Origin: Aciduliprofundum boonei T469
Lineage (GTDB): Archaea > Thermoplasmatota > Thermoplasmata > Thermoplasmatales > Aciduliprofundaceae
Length of the DNA stretch: 32,000 bases
Assembly (NCBI RefSeq): GCF_000025665.1
Contig: NC_013926.1
Span: 870,001-902,000 of the forward strand
Direction: 5' to 3'
Part shown: positions 15,332 to 24,620 of the stretch, piece by piece
Numbering within the stretch: the first letter of the stretch is position 1
Layout of the letters: each line of letters begins with the position of its first letter
Program-made: the position numbers and the translations under genes
The notes under the pieces: generated by a model
Told to the model about the DNA's origin: nothing
The model's input: only the letters and a program-made list of their open reading frames with translations
Database searches by the model: none

Positions 15332-15403
15332 TAAGTATCACATAATGGGTATATATAATTTTCCCAGAGAAAAAGGTATTTACAGGTATGCAATAAGCCA
15401 ATC
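15332..15403. promoter_or_regulatory. Bidirectional promoter with a shared symmetric TATA box
   Basis: tatatataa at 15350-15358 is the only strong TATA element in the spacer. It lies ~25 nt from the start of the RHH ORF on the minus strand and ~45 nt from the ATG at 15404 on the plus strand. Confidence 0.45.
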
Positions 15404-16060
15404 ATGGACACTGCGAACGACCCAAGGATTCTCATGGCTGAAAAGTGCACAAAGGATATGAAGAATCTATTCAATAATATGCGAGGTGTTGGCAAAGAAG
15501 CATCTAAAATCATGAATGATATTGAAAGAAAGATTTTGGAGATAAAATACTCTTATGCAGAGCTTGATGCTTTGCAATCCTTACTTAAAGAAATAGAATC
15601 AAAAATTTTGGAGCTTTATGAGCTTCTTGGCGGAAAAGAATGGGTGAATAGATTGAAAAGAGTGAATATTGATGATGGGAGAATTGCAAAGGTGAAATTT
15701 TGTATGAATATCCTCTATAATCTATCCTCACGCCTAAAACTGCCAGATGATCCTGCCTACGCTGTGGATATAAGAATTGGTGAGATTGATAGTGTTATGA
15801 AGCACCCTAAAGCAGATAAATTGAAGATTTGTAATGTGAATGTTGGTAGAGTTATAACTGTGGTGACGAATATTCAAAATGTAAAAGAGGGAGAGAAATT
15901 GCCCGTAGCATTGCTCCCTCCTGCAGAGTTTTTTGGTATTGTGAGTGAAGGTATGTTTCTCTCTCATAACTTTAAAGAAGGTGCTCCGGGAGAATTGCCA
16001 AAGTTGGACGAGGATGAGTTAAATAACGCTCGTAAAGAGGTTTTAAAATATCTTAAATGA
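15404..16060 (+). CDS. tRNA-binding domain protein (Trbp111/CsaA/MetRS-beta-like OB fold) with N-terminal coiled-coil extension
   Basis: The C-terminal half is IRIGEIDSVMKHPKADKLKICNVNVGRVITVVTNIQNVKEGEKLPVALLPPAEFFGIVSEGMFLS, the classic tRNA-binding OB-fold pattern (hP.AdkL....VD.G......v.g......G..v.va). The start is uncertain (ATG 15404 or ATG 15434). Confidence 0.8.
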   Translation: MDTANDPRILMAEKCTKDMKNLFNNMRGVGKEASKIMNDIERKILEIKYSYAELDALQSLLKEIESKILELYELLGGKEWVNRLKRVNIDDGRIAKVKFCMNILYNLSSRLKLPDDPAYAVDIRIGEIDSVMKHPKADKLKICNVNVGRVITVVTNIQNVKEGEKLPVALLPPAEFFGIVSEGMFLSHNFKEGAPGELPKLDEDELNNARKEVLKYLK

Positions 16061-17383
16061 TTTCATTTCCTTTATTTTCAGGGGCATGGATAAATGCCTC
16101 CTTGCTATTACCGGGACCTCATACCATCTTTCTTTTATTTCCCTATCTAAAATCTTAAATTCTGCTGCATCCTCGGGAAGTTTTATTCTGCATTTCCTGC
16201 ATCTGTATCCCTTGCCCCTTCCTAAACTCTCCATCCTCCTTCCGCATTTTGGGCATCTTGGATTTGCCACTTTAACTCTTATTTCTGCTAATCTCAAAAT
16301 CCTTATTTTCTCAATGTTTATTGTTCTTGGCTCATCCCTAACGCTACCGTAAACTTCCACTTCATCTCCCACTTTCAATTTATTTATTGTATTCCTAAAA
16401 TTCTTTGTGGGCTCGTAAGCAGCGCAGTCGATTTTTCCAGTTGAATCTTCAATTTGGAATATTGCATGACCCCCTTCAATTTTTCTTGCCTCTTTCACCA
16501 CCTTTCCTCTTAAGATAACATTTTGATATTCTTTTACCTTCTTAATTCTTCTTTTTACTAGGTGCTCATCGGTACCTTGGTTTGTTAAGAATAGAAACCA
16601 AGCATTGTAAGGGGTGCTTTTTATCATGTCCTTTGCTTTTATTAGCTCTTCGGGCTCTAGACCTCTTATGCCAAAAAGCACAGGGGTTTTTGAATGGGGA
16701 GATATGGCCACATAATTGTTTTCATAATCATAATTGTCAAAAGTGTATCTTGTTTTTTTGTCCATCTCGATTACAGAATTTTCGTCAATGTATCGCTGCT
16801 CTTTCCATTTATCCTCCGGCAAGTAAGTTAGAAGCTCGTATGTAAACTTCCTGGCTCTCCAAGCTATTGATGCGGAAGCACCTATTATTCCCCTTCCATT
16901 TTTGAATTTGAAAAATTTTGCGTTATTCTCTTTTAAAACTCTCTCAACGAATTCGATATTCAAAACATTCCTAACTGCGTTCCAGTATAGCCATTCTGGA
17001 AGTTTTTTCTTAGAAATAACTATCCCTGGGTTAGTTGTGGGCTCTTCTAACACAAAATAATCTTTTAGGAGTGGAATTATATCATTTAAATCAAGTTCAC
17101 CATCTTTCCCGTACTTGAAAGCGTATATTTTCTCTCCCTCTATCTCCCCCACAACCTTCTTCTCTCCATAGCCCTTGCCAACTCTTATGCATACGGCTCC
17201 ATTTCCCCTTGTTTTCCAAGGTATGTTTGGATTCAACCTCACTAATCTTGGCGGGCCTATTAAATCCATACCTGAATCTTTTAATTTCTCAACGAGCACT
17301 TTTACGAGATATGTGGTGCACATTCCGTTGCGGGAGTCTGTATCGTCAATTCCAATATACACGCTCTTACATTCTCCTCGCAT
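16043..17383 (-). CDS. tiaS: tRNA(Ile2) 2-agmatinylcytidine synthetase TiaS
   Basis: The N-terminal motif is YIGIDDTDSRNGMCTTYL (DUF1743/TiaS kinase-like domain). An OB-fold region follows (ILRGKVVKEARKIEGGHAIFQIEDSTGKIDCAAYEP). A C-terminal zinc ribbon is present (CPKCGRRMESLGRGKGYRCRKC). Confidence 0.9.
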   Translation of the reverse strand: MRGECKSVYIGIDDTDSRNGMCTTYLVKVLVEKLKDSGMDLIGPPRLVRLNPNIPWKTRGNGAVCIRVGKGYGEKKVVGEIEGEKIYAFKYGKDGELDLNDIIPLLKDYFVLEEPTTNPGIVISKKKLPEWLYWNAVRNVLNIEFVERVLKENNAKFFKFKNGRGIIGASASIAWRARKFTYELLTYLPEDKWKEQRYIDENSVIEMDKKTRYTFDNYDYENNYVAISPHSKTPVLFGIRGLEPEELIKAKDMIKSTPYNAWFLFLTNQGTDEHLVKRRIKKVKEYQNVILRGKVVKEARKIEGGHAIFQIEDSTGKIDCAAYEPTKNFRNTINKLKVGDEVEVYGSVRDEPRTINIEKIRILRLAEIRVKVANPRCPKCGRRMESLGRGKGYRCRKCRIKLPEDAAEFKILDREIKERWYEVPVIARRHLSMPLKIKEMKSFKIF

Positions 17384-17447
17384 ATTTGGATTTATCGTTA
17401 AAAAGCTTTATATATGAAAACCCATTAAACCACATCTGGTGGGTTTT
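17384..17447. promoter_or_regulatory. Divergent promoter for tiaS (-) and rpoK (+) with a shared TATA box
   Basis: ctttatatatg sits at 17406-17416. It is ~28 nt from the tiaS ATG, which is leaderless-compatible. It is ~37 nt from the rpoK ATG at 17448, which is preceded by GGTGG (17438-17442). Confidence 0.45.
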
Positions 17448-17621
17448 ATGGAGTACACAAGGTTTGAAAAGGCGCGCATAATCGGCGCTCGCGCATTGCA
17501 GATATCTATGGGCGCTCCTGTTCTTATTCATCTTCCTGAGAATATAGTGGACCCTTTGGATATTGCAATGTATGAGTTTGAAAAAGGAGTTATTCCCATA
17601 ACTGTGAAGAGAGCTAAATAA
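17448..17621 (+). CDS. rpoK: DNA-directed RNA polymerase subunit Rpo6 (RpoK)
   Basis: [27 protein letters not shown] is the conserved Rpo6/RPB6 core. The ORF-track start at 17439 is a GTG. The ATG at 17448 with an upstream GGTGG is preferred. Confidence 0.9.
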   Translation: MEYTRFEKARIIGARALQISMGAPVLIHLPENIVDPLDIAMYEFEKGVIPITVKRAK

Positions 17622-18846
17622 CGAAATCTTCACCGTTTTTTGGCATAATAACTTCAAATCCCCTATTTCTCAAATCTTTTGCAAGGGCTTCCCTATTGTC
17701 CCCGTGCATTAATATTATTCTCTCTGGAGAGCATTTTTCTGCAAATTCAATTAGCTCGGAGTGTCCAGCATGCGCGGAGAAATCAAAGAAATCTATATCC
17801 ATATCAATTTTTTCCTTTACTCCATACAATTCAAGTATGCCTTCGTCCATTAGCAACCTTCCATTAGTTCCCTCCACTTGATAGCCAGTGAGCAGTATCC
17901 CGCTTTTTGGATCATTCTTTAGATGATTTATGTAATGTAACACAGGGCCTCCTTCAAGCATTCCTCCTGTTGCCACTATTACTTCTCCCTTCAGAGCTTT
18001 TCTCCTATCGCTTCTCCTTCGTACTATATGCATCTTGTTTCTCGCTTTTTTCAATTTCTTTGCAGATCTTAGATACTGTGGATTTTGCAGGAATAGATTT
18101 GTAACGAATCTACCCATCCCATCAACCCACACTTCAAAGTCGGTTTTTGCAAGTATTAGCATAATCTCTTGGGTACGGCCTACTGCGAATGCCGGCACTA
18201 TGGCTTTACCTCCATTATCCACGATTTCTTCAATTTTTGCCAAGAAGTTTTTCTCAACTTTATCTCTTGGGGGGTGCTCTCTTCCAGCGTAGGTACTTTC
18301 CATTATGAGCACATCCGTTTTTACAGGCTTTGTGCCCCACACGAGATGTGTGTTAACAGTTTGAATATCTCCCGTGAACAGTATCGTTCTATCATCTTTA
18401 ATCTCATACATTGCGCTTCCGGGTATGTGACCCGCACTGTGAGGTATAATATCCAATGAGCCAAGCTCTATTGTTTTTCCGTAATCTACATCTATGAGCC
18501 CATCAACGGTATTTTCTACCTCCTCCTTCGTGTATGGTATAGGAAAACCTTCAATGTTTGCAACTTTGATCGTATCGTTTAACATTAAGGGTAGCACAGA
18601 ATTTGTTGGAGGTGTTGCATATATGTTTGCCTCATATTCCATAGCAATTCTCGGAACCATTCCAGAATGGTCTAAATGCACATGGGTTATGAATAAAGAA
18701 TCCACAGGAGGGGCATGCATGGGATATGCGGGTGGCTTTGAAGGAGTTAGTCCATAATCAAAAAGAAGCCGCAACTCACCTATTTGCATATACAATCCGA
18801 GGCTTCCAACCTCCTCCGCACCGCCTAAGAATTTTGCGTTGATCAT
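17614..18846 (-). CDS. beta-CASP family metallo-beta-lactamase fold ribonuclease (aCPSF2-type, no KH domains)
   Basis: MBL motif 2 is HVHLDHSG. Downstream are [17 protein letters not shown] and a C-terminal [10 protein letters not shown] ... ILMHGD (beta-CASP motifs B/C region). Length is 410 aa. Confidence 0.85.
   Translation of the reverse strand: MINAKFLGGAEEVGSLGLYMQIGELRLLFDYGLTPSKPPAYPMHAPPVDSLFITHVHLDHSGMVPRIAMEYEANIYATPPTNSVLPLMLNDTIKVANIEGFPIPYTKEEVENTVDGLIDVDYGKTIELGSLDIIPHSAGHIPGSAMYEIKDDRTILFTGDIQTVNTHLVWGTKPVKTDVLIMESTYAGREHPPRDKVEKNFLAKIEEIVDNGGKAIVPAFAVGRTQEIMLILAKTDFEVWVDGMGRFVTNLFLQNPQYLRSAKKLKKARNKMHIVRRRSDRRKALKGEVIVATGGMLEGGPVLHYINHLKNDPKSGILLTGYQVEGTNGRLLMDEGILELYGVKEKIDMDIDFFDFSAHAGHSELIEFAEKCSPERIILMHGDNREALAKDLRNRGFEVIMPKNGEDFVI
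17636..17641 (+). terminator. Oligo-T tract downstream of rpoK (archaeal-type terminator candidate)
   Basis: A T6 run lies 15 nt after the rpoK stop, embedded in the 3' end of the convergent nuclease gene. Confidence 0.35.
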
Positions 18847-18877
18847 TTATATCCTCTTGCTTTACTCCATCATCTAT

Positions 18878-19447
18878 TTAAAGTTTCTTATCCTCACCCT
18901 TGCAGAGTTTTATAAAGTGCTTTACACCTTCTAATGGTCCCTTTGCAAGAAGGATATCATCTGGTAATACTTTGGTGTTCTCAGTAGGCCCGAATATCCA
19001 TTGCTTCCCCCTCTTTATCGCAATTACCCACATGCCTGTCTCGCTTGCAAGATTTAATTCTCCGAGAGTTTTATTTGCTAAAATACTGTTTTCCCTAACT
19101 TTTGCTCTAGTTATTGTAATATCACTCTCCTTGATACTCTCTTTTATCACGGGATGAGGTTCAATTCCACGGAGCACCACATCTGCAATTTGCACTGCCG
19201 AATCTGATATTGCCTCAATACTCGTTGCAAGGCGTATTAAAATTAAAGCAGGATAAGGATTTTTCTCCTCTATTGCCTGCTTTATTGCCTCTTCTTCAAG
19301 CTGGTAATACCTCTTATCAATTTTCTCTTCTAAGTATTTCACTTCTTCTGCAATCTCCTTATTATTGAATATCAACGCAGAGTAAGCCAAATCAACCATC
19401 AATTCTGATATATTTTTCATCTCAATTATCATCTCGCCTAATCCCAA
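18878..19447 (-). CDS. PhoU-like plus TrkA-C (RCK_C) domain protein, paralog 2
   Basis: The N-terminal PhoU-like helices are ELMVDLAYSALIFNNKEIAEEV ... ATSIEAISDSAVQIADVVL. The C-terminal TrkA-C motif is TLGELNLASETGMWVIAIKRGKQWIFGPTENTKVLPDDILLAKGP. The probable TTG start at 19447 is preceded by GGGGTGAGGA. The gene overlaps its upstream paralog by 10 nt. Confidence 0.8.
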   Translation of the reverse strand: MGLGEMIIEMKNISELMVDLAYSALIFNNKEIAEEVKYLEEKIDKRYYQLEEEAIKQAIEEKNPYPALILIRLATSIEAISDSAVQIADVVLRGIEPHPVIKESIKESDITITRAKVRENSILANKTLGELNLASETGMWVIAIKRGKQWIFGPTENTKVLPDDILLAKGPLEGVKHFIKLCKGEDKKL

Positions 19448-20010
19448 CTTTCCTCACCCCTTGCTACCCTGTCTAAGAATTCATAGCCATCCTCTGTGCC
19501 CCTTATTATGAGCAAATCATCCGCTTTTATCCTCACATGATCTTCTGGGTCGTAAATCCAGTTGCGTCCCCGTTTTATTGCTATTATTCTTACTCCACTC
19601 TCTACTTCAATATTTAATTCTCCTAAGGTTCTGTTTACTATGCTTGAATTGGGATAAACCTTGACCACATGTATCTTTTCATCAGCCTTCATAAACAAGC
19701 TCGGTAGAAAAGGCCTTGCAGTTATATCTAAATCGAGGAGATATGCAATATCCGCAGCTGCATTTGCCAGATTGTTGGATGAGTCAGCCATCTGCAATAT
19801 TCCTGCAAGTTGTTCTGCCTCATCAGGGGTATTTGCAGCAAGCATGCTCACTATTCTTATCTTGTAGGTTAACTCGCTTATCTCTTTCTCCAATTTTTCC
19901 ACTTCTTTTGCCAGGTCCTCACTATCTAAAATTATGGCTGAATAGGCCAAATCAACGATAAGCTCCGATTTTTCCTTGATTTCTACAAGCAAATCTTTGA
20001 CATTTTCCAT
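19438..20010 (-). CDS. PhoU-like plus TrkA-C (RCK_C) domain protein, paralog 1
   Basis: It has the same architecture as the downstream gene: ELIVDLAYSAIILDSEDLAKEV ... TLGELNIEVESGVRIIAIKRGRNWIYDPEDHVRIKADDLLIIRGT. Confidence 0.8.
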   Translation of the reverse strand: MENVKDLLVEIKEKSELIVDLAYSAIILDSEDLAKEVEKLEKEISELTYKIRIVSMLAANTPDEAEQLAGILQMADSSNNLANAAADIAYLLDLDITARPFLPSLFMKADEKIHVVKVYPNSSIVNRTLGELNIEVESGVRIIAIKRGRNWIYDPEDHVRIKADDLLIIRGTEDGYEFLDRVARGEESWD

Positions 20011-20050
20011 TGAGAATGCGTAGAAAATTAAAAGATATAATGTTTTCGCA

Positions 20051-20362
20051 TCAATCTTGTCTTATGTAATAGTTCTCCCCTCTTATTTCTATGTTCCACC
20101 CATGCAGGATAGCCTCTACTATTTTCTTTCTTCCGCTCTTCAAATCATTCCATAAGGTTTTGCGGGAGATGCCCATCCTCGCGGCGGCCTCTTCCTGAGT
20201 TAATCCCTCAACATCCACTAAGCGTAAAGCCTCTAATTCTGAATAAGTAAGCACGACACTTTTGATGTAAGGACCACCAATTGGTGCATAGCTATTTACA
20301 GGGGGAACATACGAAATCCATCTAGGTCCTCTACGTCTCCCTCTTCTTCCATATCCTCTCAT
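20051..20362 (-). CDS. DUF134 (UPF0251) family helix-turn-helix DNA-binding protein
   Basis: The N-terminus is Arg-rich. It is followed by LTYSELEALRLVDVEGLTQEEAAARMGISRKTLWNDLKSGRKKI, a sigma-70 region-4-like HTH characteristic of DUF134. Confidence 0.85.
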   Translation of the reverse strand: MRGYGRRGRRRGPRWISYVPPVNSYAPIGGPYIKSVVLTYSELEALRLVDVEGLTQEEAAARMGISRKTLWNDLKSGRKKIVEAILHGWNIEIRGENYYIRQD

Positions 20363-20497
20363 TAATTACACAAATGCGATTTAATATTTATGCATTTTGC
20401 AAAATGAGATATGCGTAATTATGCAAATTTATATGTCTCAATGTAAAAATTTATATGCCCAAATAATATATGCCCTTTGCTTTAAGGGTGATGGCGA
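20363..20497. promoter_or_regulatory. Repeat-rich divergent promoter/operator region between the DUF134 gene (-) and hppA (+)
   Basis: A perfect 14-bp palindrome cattttgcaaaatg sits at 20393-20406. The direct repeat aaatttatatg occurs at 20425-20435 and 20447-20457. The direct repeat tatatgccc occurs at 20452-20460 and 20467-20475. An SD-like aagggtga lies at 20484-20491 before the hppA ATG. Confidence 0.5.
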
Positions 20498-22561
20498 ATG
20501 ATGGCATATGTTGCACTTGGAATAGGGCTCTTGTCCCTGTTAATAGCCTTCTTCTTTGCGATGTATGTGAGAAGGCAGGACGAAGGCAAGGGAAAGATGG
20601 TAGAGATCTCCGGATATATAAGGAAAGGTGCAATGACCTTTCTTAACAGAGAGTACAGGTATTTAACGGTGTACATAATTGTCGTATCTGTTTTTCTGTA
20701 TCTGTTAAGTTTCATAAAGAACGGCGGTGTTAGTCCGTACACTTGGATGGCATTTGTTGTTGGAGCGATATTCTCTGCACTTTCAGGCAATATAGGAATG
20801 CGTATAGCCACTCTTGCAAATGTTCGAGCAGCGAAGGCCGTGGAGAAGGATATGCACTCTGGATTGAAAGTGGCGTTTTCCTCTGGGGCAGTGATGGGTC
20901 TAACTGTTGTGGGTCTAGGCCTATTCGGTGTAAGCTCAATGTATCTCCTGTTTAGTCATCTTGGCCCGTACGAGTTATCCAACATACTATTTGGATTCGG
21001 ATTTGGTGCGAGCTCCATTGCCTTATTTGCAAGAGTTGGAGGTGGAATATATACAAAGGCGGCAGATGTGGGTGCTGATCTTGTGGGGAAGATAGAAGCT
21101 GGTATACCCGAGGATGATCCAAGGAATCCTGCCGTTATTGCGGATAATGTTGGCGATAATGTCGGCGATGTTGCAGGGATGGGTGCAGATTTATTCGAAA
21201 GTTATGTGGATTCTATAATTTCCGCAATAGCTATTGGTGTGTTATTTTCCGCTATAAATAGTGCATTAGTTTATCTTCCTTTGCTTCTAGCAGCCATTGG
21301 AATCATCTCCTCTTTTATCGGAGTGGGAGTTGTTGTTCTGATGCGTAACAAAGATCCGTCTAAGGCAATGAATACTGGTGTTATAACCAGTGCAGTTATA
21401 ATGGTCCTTCTTTCCCTTATGATAATGTACTGGAATGGGGATTATAAGTTCGAAAGCTTAAACAAGGTAGTGCCTTGGTACAATATGTTCATTGCGCTTC
21501 TCGGTGGGTTAATAGCGGGTATAGTTATTGGATTCTCCACAGAATACTACACTTCAGATAAATACAAACCCACTAAGGATATAGCAAAAGCCAGTACCAC
21601 GGGCGCGGCCACAAACTTAATAACCGGTATGTCAATTGGAATGCTGAGCACAGTTATTCCCGTTCTATCCATATCCGTTGCTATAATTATTGCATACATT
21701 CTTGCTGATCTCTACGGAATTGCTATAGCCGCTGTTGGAATGCTTAGCACATTGGGAATGACCTTGAGTATGGACACCTATGGACCTGTTGCAGACAACG
21801 CCGCAGGCATTGCAGAAATGGCAAATCTTGGAAAAGATGTTAGAGAGAGAGCTGAAGAGTTAGATGCTGTTGGAAATACAACAGCTGCCATAGGTAAAGG
21901 ATTTGCGATAGGCTCAGCTGCCTTAACGGCACTTGCTCTATTTGCAACATATAACCAAACCCTTTCTGGTTTGGGACATAAAATAATCATAGATTTGGCA
22001 AATCCATCAGTGATGGTTGGAATATTCATTGGAGCACTTATGCCTTTCCTGTTCAGTGCTCTTGCACTTCTTGCGGTTGGACACGCTGCTGAGAATATGG
22101 TGGAAGAGGTTCGCAGACAGTTCAGAGAGATACCGGGGATAATGGAAGGCAAAGCAAGACCAGAATATGAGAAATGCATAGATATATCTACAAGGGCAGC
22201 AATTAAAAAGATGATTCTTCCAACGCTTCTCGCCATAATAGTGCCTATCATAGTTGGCGTGACTCCGGGATTGGGACCTGAAGCTGTTGGTGGGCTTCTG
22301 GCAGGCTCCATAGCTTCTGGATTCTTGCTTGCCATATACATGGCAAATGCTGGTGGTGCCTGGGATAATGCTAAGAAATTCATAGAAAAGGGCAATTTCG
22401 GAGGGAAGGGAAGCGATGCCCACAAGGCAGCAGTGGTTGGAGATACTGTGGGAGATCCTCTCAAGGATACAGCAGGACCTTCATTGAACATATTGATTAA
22501 ATTGATGAGCATAGTGTCTCTTCTTCTAGCTCCGCTCTTTGTGCTAATATTGAGTCTGTGA
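20498..22561 (+). CDS. hppA: Membrane-bound cation-translocating inorganic pyrophosphatase (K+-dependent type)
   Basis: Hallmark motifs are [57 protein letters not shown], and [13 protein letters not shown] ... [18 protein letters not shown]. The protein has about 16 hydrophobic segments. Confidence 0.95.
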   Translation: MMAYVALGIGLLSLLIAFFFAMYVRRQDEGKGKMVEISGYIRKGAMTFLNREYRYLTVYIIVVSVFLYLLSFIKNGGVSPYTWMAFVVGAIFSALSGNIGMRIATLANVRAAKAVEKDMHSGLKVAFSSGAVMGLTVVGLGLFGVSSMYLLFSHLGPYELSNILFGFGFGASSIALFARVGGGIYTKAADVGADLVGKIEAGIPEDDPRNPAVIADNVGDNVGDVAGMGADLFESYVDSIISAIAIGVLFSAINSALVYLPLLLAAIGIISSFIGVGVVVLMRNKDPSKAMNTGVITSAVIMVLLSLMIMYWNGDYKFESLNKVVPWYNMFIALLGGLIAGIVIGFSTEYYTSDKYKPTKDIAKASTTGAATNLITGMSIGMLSTVIPVLSISVAIIIAYILADLYGIAIAAVGMLSTLGMTLSMDTYGPVADNAAGIAEMANLGKDVRERAEELDAVGNTTAAIGKGFAIGSAALTALALFATYNQTLSGLGHKIIIDLANPSVMVGIFIGALMPFLFSALALLAVGHAAENMVEEVRRQFREIPGIMEGKARPEYEKCIDISTRAAIKKMILPTLLAIIVPIIVGVTPGLGPEAVGGLLAGSIASGFLLAIYMANAGGAWDNAKKFIEKGNFGGKGSDAHKAAVVGDTVGDPLKDTAGPSLNILIKLMSIVSLLLAPLFVLILSL

Positions 22562-22565
22562 TAAC

Positions 22566-22581
22566 TTTTTATACTTTTTTT
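22566..22581 (+). terminator. Two oligo-T tracts after hppA (terminator candidates)
   Basis: T5 at 22566-22570 and T7 at 22575-22581 lie within 20 nt of the hppA stop. Confidence 0.35.
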
Positions 22582-22597
22582 AATATTCTCTAAGAAG

Positions 22598-24052
22598 ATG
22601 AAAAAGATATTTGCTATCGTTTTACTTGCGTTCGTTCTATTCCCATCCGCTTATGCTCAGCTCCTGCCATCTACTGGAAATGTCACTATTAGAGGAGGTG
22701 AGGAAATAGTCGTTAATTTCTCCATAGTAAATACCCAGAATGAGACGGTATTTTATACAATCAACTACAAGGCTCCTTATGGTTGGGATATTAATGTAAC
22801 TCCGAGCAGTGGTGTAGTAAAAGAGGGGGGTTTTCGAACCATTAATGTTCAAATTCATGCGCCAAAAAGCTATGGAGTAAGTGATTTTAATCTTCCCATT
22901 CATGTTCTTCTTTACGATGAGAATGGAAAAATTGGAGATTATGTTTATACTTTACACATTTCTTACTTATCCACCCCGTTTTACCTTTTTGAAATACCAT
23001 GGCCCGAGAGTTGGGGATACTGGGGCACATTCCTCAATGTGATCATAACTTGGGTAATACTCACCCTTGTTCTTTATGTTCTCTTTCCATATCTGAAAAA
23101 GATAAGTAAATTAACAAAGACAAAAATAGATGATATTATTGTTGAAATCCTTCATAAGCCCATTACAACATGGGTAATTCTCTATGGTATTACCACTGCT
23201 CTTTTGACTCTACCTCCTCTATCCTTAATTTTCTGGCTTATAATTGAAATTTACAATATAATTGTGGTTATAATTCTAACTTGGATCTCTTATCGCATTT
23301 TTAAAGATATAATCATTTACTATCTTTTCCATCTTTCTAGAACTAAAAAGGGAGATTTGGAGAATGTTCTCATTCCTATTCTAGAGAAACTCGGAATTGT
23401 TACAATCGGTACGCTTGGGGGGCTTATGATACTACAAGTTATGGGAGTGAATGTTGGAGTTCTTCTTGCCAGCGTAGGTATTGCTGGTGTTATATTGGGT
23501 CTCGCAGCCCAGCAGACTTTGGGCAATTTCTTCTCCGGACTGCATATTTTGATAGATAAGGCCTTTAGAATAGGAGATATAATAATGCTTGAAAACGATG
23601 ATGGTGTTTATAAAGTTTTGGATGTTGGTGTTAGGAGCACAAGATTATATGAGCTCTTTTCCAATACAGTTGTTTTCGTGCCAAATAGCAAACTTGCGAA
23701 TACTAATATAATCAATTTTAACAGGCCGAATAATAAAATGAAGATAAGGATTGATGTGAGCGTCTCTTATGGAAGTGATGTTGAAAAAGTAATAAAAACT
23801 CTAAAAGAGATTGCACTATCTCATCCTAAGGTTCTGAGGGATGGAGATTACGAGCCAGTGGTTATATTCCGCGAATTTGGAGCATCCAGTTTAAATTTCT
23901 CTCTCTACATATGGATCGATAATGTGATGGAGCAGTGGAAAGTGCCAAGTGAGATAAGGGAGAGAATAGTCAAGGTATTCAGAGAGAGAGGCATAGAGAT
24001 ACCGTTTCCGCAGGTGGATGTGCATATAAAGCCCTTAAAGCCGGGTAGCTGA
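22598..24052 (+). CDS. MscS-family mechanosensitive channel with N-terminal secreted beta-sandwich domain
   Basis: It has a signal peptide ([21 protein letters not shown]). A ~110-aa beta-rich domain follows ([39 protein letters not shown]...). Then come 4-5 TM helices, the pore helix [25 protein letters not shown], and the MscS beta and alpha/beta domains. Confidence 0.9.
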   Translation: MKKIFAIVLLAFVLFPSAYAQLLPSTGNVTIRGGEEIVVNFSIVNTQNETVFYTINYKAPYGWDINVTPSSGVVKEGGFRTINVQIHAPKSYGVSDFNLPIHVLLYDENGKIGDYVYTLHISYLSTPFYLFEIPWPESWGYWGTFLNVIITWVILTLVLYVLFPYLKKISKLTKTKIDDIIVEILHKPITTWVILYGITTALLTLPPLSLIFWLIIEIYNIIVVIILTWISYRIFKDIIIYYLFHLSRTKKGDLENVLIPILEKLGIVTIGTLGGLMILQVMGVNVGVLLASVGIAGVILGLAAQQTLGNFFSGLHILIDKAFRIGDIIMLENDDGVYKVLDVGVRSTRLYELFSNTVVFVPNSKLANTNIINFNRPNNKMKIRIDVSVSYGSDVEKVIKTLKEIALSHPKVLRDGDYEPVVIFREFGASSLNFSLYIWIDNVMEQWKVPSEIRERIVKVFRERGIEIPFPQVDVHIKPLKPGS

Positions 24053-24523
24053 ACGCTTTTTTAGTATTGCGAGAACGAGCTTCACATACTTTGCTCTTAT
24101 GTAAGACAATGAAAAAAGCCATCCTGTATATATGGCGATATAGAATGGAAAAATTTGAATAATGATGGGGACAATGCTCTCGATATGGTCCATGTAGATT
24201 CTCAAATAGTAAATTATTCCCCAGCTTGAGAGAATGATAAGGAGAGACAAATATAAAGCAAGGGCCGCCTTTGCAATTTTTTTCCATACCCTAATTAAAT
24301 GGAATATTTCTTTTAAATCCTTTAATTTTGAAAGTATGAATGATTTTAAAATTTTATCCTCCGTGATGAATATCCCCCAAAAAATTAGAGAGTATTTTAT
24401 CACATTATTCCAATCATTTGCATATATAAAATTGAAGATAATGGATATGAGAAAGGCAAGCTCCACTAGGTATGCGTATAAAAAATCTTCCTTTATATCT
24501 TCGATTGTGGCCACATTTTTCAA
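24035..24523 (-). CDS. Hypothetical small integral membrane protein
   Basis: The 162-codon ORF has 4 clear hydrophobic segments (LVELAFLISIIFNFIY, YSLIFWGIFI, ALALYLSLLIILSSWGIIYYL, VPIIIQIFPFYIAIYTGWLFSL). I recognised no homology. The start codon is uncertain (TTG at 24523, with no nearby ATG). Confidence 0.5.
   Translation of the reverse strand: MKNVATIEDIKEDFLYAYLVELAFLISIIFNFIYANDWNNVIKYSLIFWGIFITEDKILKSFILSKLKDLKEIFHLIRVWKKIAKAALALYLSLLIILSSWGIIYYLRIYMDHIESIVPIIIQIFPFYIAIYTGWLFSLSYIRAKYVKLVLAILKKRSATRL
24057..24062 (+). terminator. Oligo-T tract after the MscS gene (terminator candidate)
   Basis: A T6 run starts 5 nt after the stop codon. Confidence 0.35.
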
Positions 24524-24620
24524 TCTTTGTGCCTTTATTTATATTAATCGTTGCAAATCTTAAGGTTGATAATCAAGTTGCAATCAACAAGCATAAATAA
24601 TTGCACTTTTATTCACCATT

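Noticed and set aside
15009-15461. A 150-aa plus-strand ORF spanning the RHH gene and the promoter spacer
   Set aside because: It crosses a clear bidirectional TATA region. It is antisense to a well-formed tandem RHH protein, and its sequence is S/T/L-rich with no recognisable fold.
17367-17657. A 96-aa minus-strand ORF covering the rpoK region
   Set aside because: It is antisense to the highly conserved Rpo6 core sequence and crosses the tiaS/rpoK promoter. It has no recognisable motifs.
20482-20811. A 109-aa minus-strand ORF overlapping the hppA 5' end and promoter
   Set aside because: It is antisense to the first TM helices of the pyrophosphatase and extends into the promoter repeats. 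It is most likely spurious.
21778-22512. A 244-aa minus-strand ORF, plus 22007-22423 (138 aa), inside hppA
   Set aside because: The plus-strand frame carries unmistakable pyrophosphatase motifs across this region. The antisense ORF is a by-product of the Gly/Ala/Val-rich, locally GC-richer coding sequence.
24234-24563. A 109-aa plus-strand ORF overlapping the putative membrane-protein gene
   Set aside because: The minus-strand frame gives four clean TM helices and is longer, whereas the plus-strand product is compositionally odd. Neither has homology I can recognise, so the minus-strand call itself is only moderate confidence.
24524-24620. Small repeats in the spacer before the kinase-like gene: gttgcaa at 24550 and 24577, and the palindrome ttgat-a-atcaa at 24566-24576
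   Set aside because: They are short (7-11 nt) and AT-rich, so chance occurrence is plausible. I kept them only as a possible operator to examine if this promoter is ever mapped.
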